Shown here one piece after another: positions 60,018-64,000 of a stretch of 64,000 nt of DNA. The DNA lies in the NCBI GenBank assembly GCA_030141605.1, contig JAQGDQ010002371.1, forward strand, positions 1 to 64,000, in the 5' to 3' direction. Below the pieces are notes generated by a model. That model saw only the letters and a list, made by a program, of their open reading frames with translations. It ran no database searches and was not told the origin of the DNA. Made by a program: the position numbers and the translations under genes. This stretch comes from Tubiluchus corallicola (Eukaryota > Animalia > Priapulida). Positions within the stretch are counted from its first letter, which is position 1, and each line of letters begins with the position of its first letter.

Positions 60018-61984
60018 TAACATCAATCAGCTTTAGATATCGGGTGTTTTGTAAATAACTACCAAGTCTCGAGTCAGAACTCGAATCGGAATGAAAAGTG
60101 AAGTAGACTTTAATTTACCTAAATAACTGAATAGTTATTTAAGTAAACAATCGGCTTAAAGGATTCACTTCTTTACCAACGAATAACGATCTAATTAATG
60201 ATCCATAGAATCATAATTTTGATCCCCATGACTCTTCATTTTCTAGAGCGTTTGCACTACTTAACCTTTTAACTGCATCTTTATTATGGGCTTTTTGAAA
60301 TTTTGTTTACACATGATTTATTACAGGGTCTTTTAGTGAGGTGTTTTTTTTGAAAATCTAACCCATTTTATATAACCCTGCGACGAGTCTGTTGTTGATT
60401 CTCAATAATAACTTTTGTGCTTTCTAAAACTGGTTTCTGGTGACTGTATAAGTCACAAAAAACTCAGAGAAAAATCGCATGCAGATGTACTACTATAATA
60501 GTAAGCAGAAGTGAAAATGCACAAAGTGTCATGCACATAAATCGTCAGCCACAGACTCATCTGTTGTGATTTATTATTACGGCTGCTATTAGTATCACCC
60601 AATGCAATATTTGTTTAGAAAGGACATTTATAGTATTCGATGCTTGGTCTTTGTATAACTGTACAGATTTCCCTGGAGTGTGTGTCCGTGCTTCTTGAAG
60701 TTTCGTCATCGGCAAACAGTGCATTTAGAAACACCATTCAAAGATTATTTACTTTTGAGCGAATGTTGTATAGTCTTTGATGGCATGCCTTCGTCGTGAA
60801 TACTATCTAATGACGTTAGAGGTTAGGAGAATATTGATTCCCTCTCCGGATCAAAAAAGAACATCTTGTTATACCAGTGTAAGTGAAAGTCCCCTAAAAT
60901 GTGATCTGGTGTTCACGTTTGGTTGTGTTGTTGACTGGTGTACCGACATCACAGTACAATTTAGTTTATTTTTCCGCCTGCTACTTACGTACCTACCTGC
61001 CCATATCTGTCTATCTCATGGCTTGCCTGCTGATTTATATATGGGTGAATCTTTGTCTGTAGGTGTATTTGGTTTTTAAATTGTTCAAACCACAATTTTC
61101 AGAGTGGTAGAGGAGGTTAGAAGGAGTTAAACTACCTAAACTACCCAAACTAACACATTTTTAGGTATAATTATGTGTATAATAGCTCAATAAATTGCTA
61201 ATGCGGTTTAGGTGGTTGACACTTTACTATTTTTTACTCAACGCAGGGCTGCTTTGAATGTTCACACGAGTGATACTAACATGCCAAACGTTGGTTAACT
61301 TCGGCTGCTAAACACACCCCATTGTTGTTCTTCCCTAGTTGCTTAATCCCCTCACATAACGCACATAACATTCCTCGCTGAACAGTAATCAGTTGATCAT
61401 AGCTATTTTTTATTTATTCTTTCATACCAGTACAGATAAGCCTGACTGAATACTGACTATGGATAGATAATTCATGCCCTGCTTTCAGTAGTAAAATGGC
61501 GCGGTCTTCAATCTCGAACAGCCAATCCCCAACGGAAGCTTCAGAACTTTTAAAAAGAGAACTTTGTTGTAGAAGGATTTGAAAACGTGTAAATCAAGCT
61601 TCAAAAATCGGTAAACTTTTTTGTGTGATCGAAATTATTTCGGAAGTGGTCCACACTCCGCAAACACACACGCATAAATATGAAAATTAGTTATAAATTA
61701 CGTCATATCATGATGAGATAGTATACATAATAAGTTAATACAAACGCAGTTAAAACTCTACACTACGAAGAGGCTTTTAGCTATTATTTTGGGAACGAGT
61801 TAAGACAAGGTCGCTTTTTAAATTTATCTACATGCGGTTAAATATTTTTTGGCAGATTCTGGAGGATTTAAGGTAACTTTGCATCAATTTTGCATCAAAT
61901 TTTACTTTCAAGCTGTCTTGCACTATTACAATGGCTTACAATGATTCTACTTTAACATTGTTTGTGCAGAATACTATACAGTAT

Positions 61985-62843
61985 GTAAAATGGCACAGGA
62001 AAAAGGTATAGGGACAAATGAAAAAGTAGGTAAAAATGGCACAGGTAAAAATGGCACAGGAAAAATGGCACACTACTTAGCAAAATGTCTGTTTAGGGTT
62101 AGGGTTACAGTAATTATTTTGGCTACTTTTACCTCTGTCAAGAAAGTTATTCTTCAACACAGTTCGTTTTGTTGTTTTTTGTCTGTTATGGCAGTAAGCC
62201 TGTTACGCAAAAAACTATCTAATAGATTTCCCAGAAACTTCATGAAGAAAGGCGGGCTTAAGGGGTGCCAAAATGGGAAAATGTAAAAAACATGCATGAA
62301 GTACTTCGTGAAGCTTTCAGAGGGAGTGTTTAGTGCTTCTTTTTTGTTATCTCCACTTAACTGTTTTTATTAATGTGTATAGCCTAATAAGGTGATTTGG
62401 TAGTTATATATATTTGTCAGTCTATTACAATCGCCAAAATTAATGGTTAAAAAGATAGATAAACACTATGCGGAACATTCGTGCATTATTGATTATAAAT
62501 CTGTGAGACTTTTGCTAGTCTATTTATAGCAATGTAGACTCTATATAAACTCCATATAATATATAGACTCTATATAATATCAATATAGGAACATTTTTGT
62601 GTGTTTGCTAGTTTATCTTTGTGTCAAGTTTTTTAATCAGAAGAACAGATGAATAAGTAGGATTGTTCGGCTTTAGCGGAAATCTGCTTCCTACTAAGCC
62701 CATTCTAGATTTATTAAAAAATCAATTGCATCAAAATAACATGTGCCATTTTCCCTACTTTTCCATGTGGGCAATTTTTCCTGTGCCATTTTTACTTGCT
62801 TTTCCGTTTGTGCGATTTTTCCTGTGTTATTTTTAGCGTACCC
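61985..62843 (+). mobile_element. Composite foldback MITE containing a DINE/Helentron-like core, copy B
   Basis: AAAATGGCACAGG array, TTAGGGTTAGGGTT, core TTACCTCTGTCAAGAAAGTT ... TTAGCGGAAATCTGCTTCCTACTAAGCCCATTCTAG, and inverted CCTGTGCCATTTT array. Confidence 0.75.
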
Positions 62844-63013
62844 CAGCAAGATCTAGTGCTGCTGCAGCTATCACGATTTTTACATAGTTATAACAGTACA
62901 TGCAAACGTCCTTACGTCATTATTGAATAACTTGACTTCTTCAGGTTTGTTAAACATTCTCGGTTGGAACAGCGTCTTCAGTGGAGGAAATTAAAATTCG
63001 TATTTCTTTGCAG

Positions 63014-63145
63014 TTACGAGTCTTAAGTGTTACGAGTGCACCAACGAAAAGTCCAACTTAAATTGCAGCCAAGAAACCAACATAGCAGATTGCTCGACGA
63101 AGCCAACTTCAACCGACACATGCGAAACAGTGGTCGAATATCACA
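63014..63145 (+). CDS. Exon of a Ly6/uPAR (three-finger, LU domain) protein, N-terminal half of the domain
   Basis: tatttctttgcag| phase-1 exon (V)TSLKCYECTNEKSNLNCSQETNIADCSTKPTSTDTCETVVEYH |gtaagc. The LxCYxC start and five Cys are typical of LU domains. It is not in the ORF track. Confidence 0.82.
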
Positions 63146-63406
63146 GTAAGCATTTTTTTCTTACTTAGCACTTCCTACTCTAATCTAATTTACATTTTTT
63201 GGATTAAAACTCTCACGCTGATATGATACTGAATAGTAAGTCCGTGTTTTAGTCCTGATTGCCATTTTGACCAATAATCAACGTTACTTAACGTTAAAAA
63301 TTCGTATTTTGATTCAAATCACATTAAATAAATCGTCACACAATCAGGATGGTCAAAATGACCAAGATTTAGTAGACACATTAACTGTTTGTAGAACAGT
63401 TACCTT

Positions 63407-63630
63407 ATTTGTTTTTAAACTTTTGACGTGCTGAAATTTCGTTTTTTTACACAAAGTCAGTTTTGGTTTTGATGATGATGATGATGCTAAATCCTTCCAT
63501 TGAAATAGTATAAACATTTGTTTTTAAACTTTTGAAGTGCTGAAATTTCGTTTTTTTTTACACAAAGTCAGTTTTGGTTTTGATGATGATGATGATGATG
63601 CTAAATCCTTCCATTGAAATAGTATAAACA
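63407..63630. repeat. ~109-bp direct tandem duplication containing (GAT)n
   Basis: Copies start at 63407 and 63516 and differ only in T-run length, GAT number and one base. Confidence 0.9.
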
Positions 63631-64000
63631 TGTATATATTACAGGCAACGCGTGAAATTTGGATGTTGTACCTATAAATGATTTCATATTGCACCTATAC
63701 ATGTCTGGAAAAGTGTGAAATAAATGTTTTAGCTGCGGCATTTTCACGTTTCACAGACGATTTGTCCTAAGCTAGGACCTAAGCAGAATGCGCAAAGTAG
63801 CTTTGGCAAATTATAAAATGAACGTAATTCTTAAATTTAATATATGTAGGCACTTGCGTAAAATGGCTTAGCCAATATATTAAATTATGCAAGAAGTTCA
63901 AGTAAACATGCAAGTTAATTGTTTTATTGGCAATCTAAAAAAACTTTTATAAAAAATAAAAATGTAAAACTGAGTGGCAAGAATTAAATAATAAAATAAC

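Noticed and set aside
62093-62107. Interstitial telomere
   Set aside because: There are only two TTAGGG units, and they recur at the same place in each copy of a MITE.

Overview
AT-rich, intron-rich animal genomic DNA, probably from an invertebrate; it is not prokaryotic, and there is one N gap at 8383-8546. Three host genes can be reconstructed, all predicted cell-surface proteins. (1) A minus-strand two-exon LRRNT-LRR-LRRCT / Ser-Thr stalk / GPI-signal gene (2951-4345). A single-base frameshift removes its GPI tail, and a near-identical, truncated, oppositely oriented copy lies at 1-125. (2) A plus-strand, ~16-exon type-I membrane protein gene (13847-29859) with an ependymin/LolA-like repeat, a SEA-like linker, four PAN/Apple domains and a TM helix; its candidate upstream exons look damaged. 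(3) One Ly6/uPAR (three-finger) exon at 63014-63145. A nearly intact ~5.1 kb I/Jockey-group LINE (8551-~13700, minus strand) sits inside a (GA)n tract, with a TAATG ORF1/ORF2 overlap and one nonsense codon in ORF2. The rest is dense with transposon relics: hAT, Tc1/mariner, TTAA-bounded and foldback MITEs, Helitron/Helentron-like elements, a Meta-type SINE, CR1 and RLE (Hero-like) LINE fragments, and an Academ-like remnant. All calls come from manual reading; family names are from motif recall and no database search was run.
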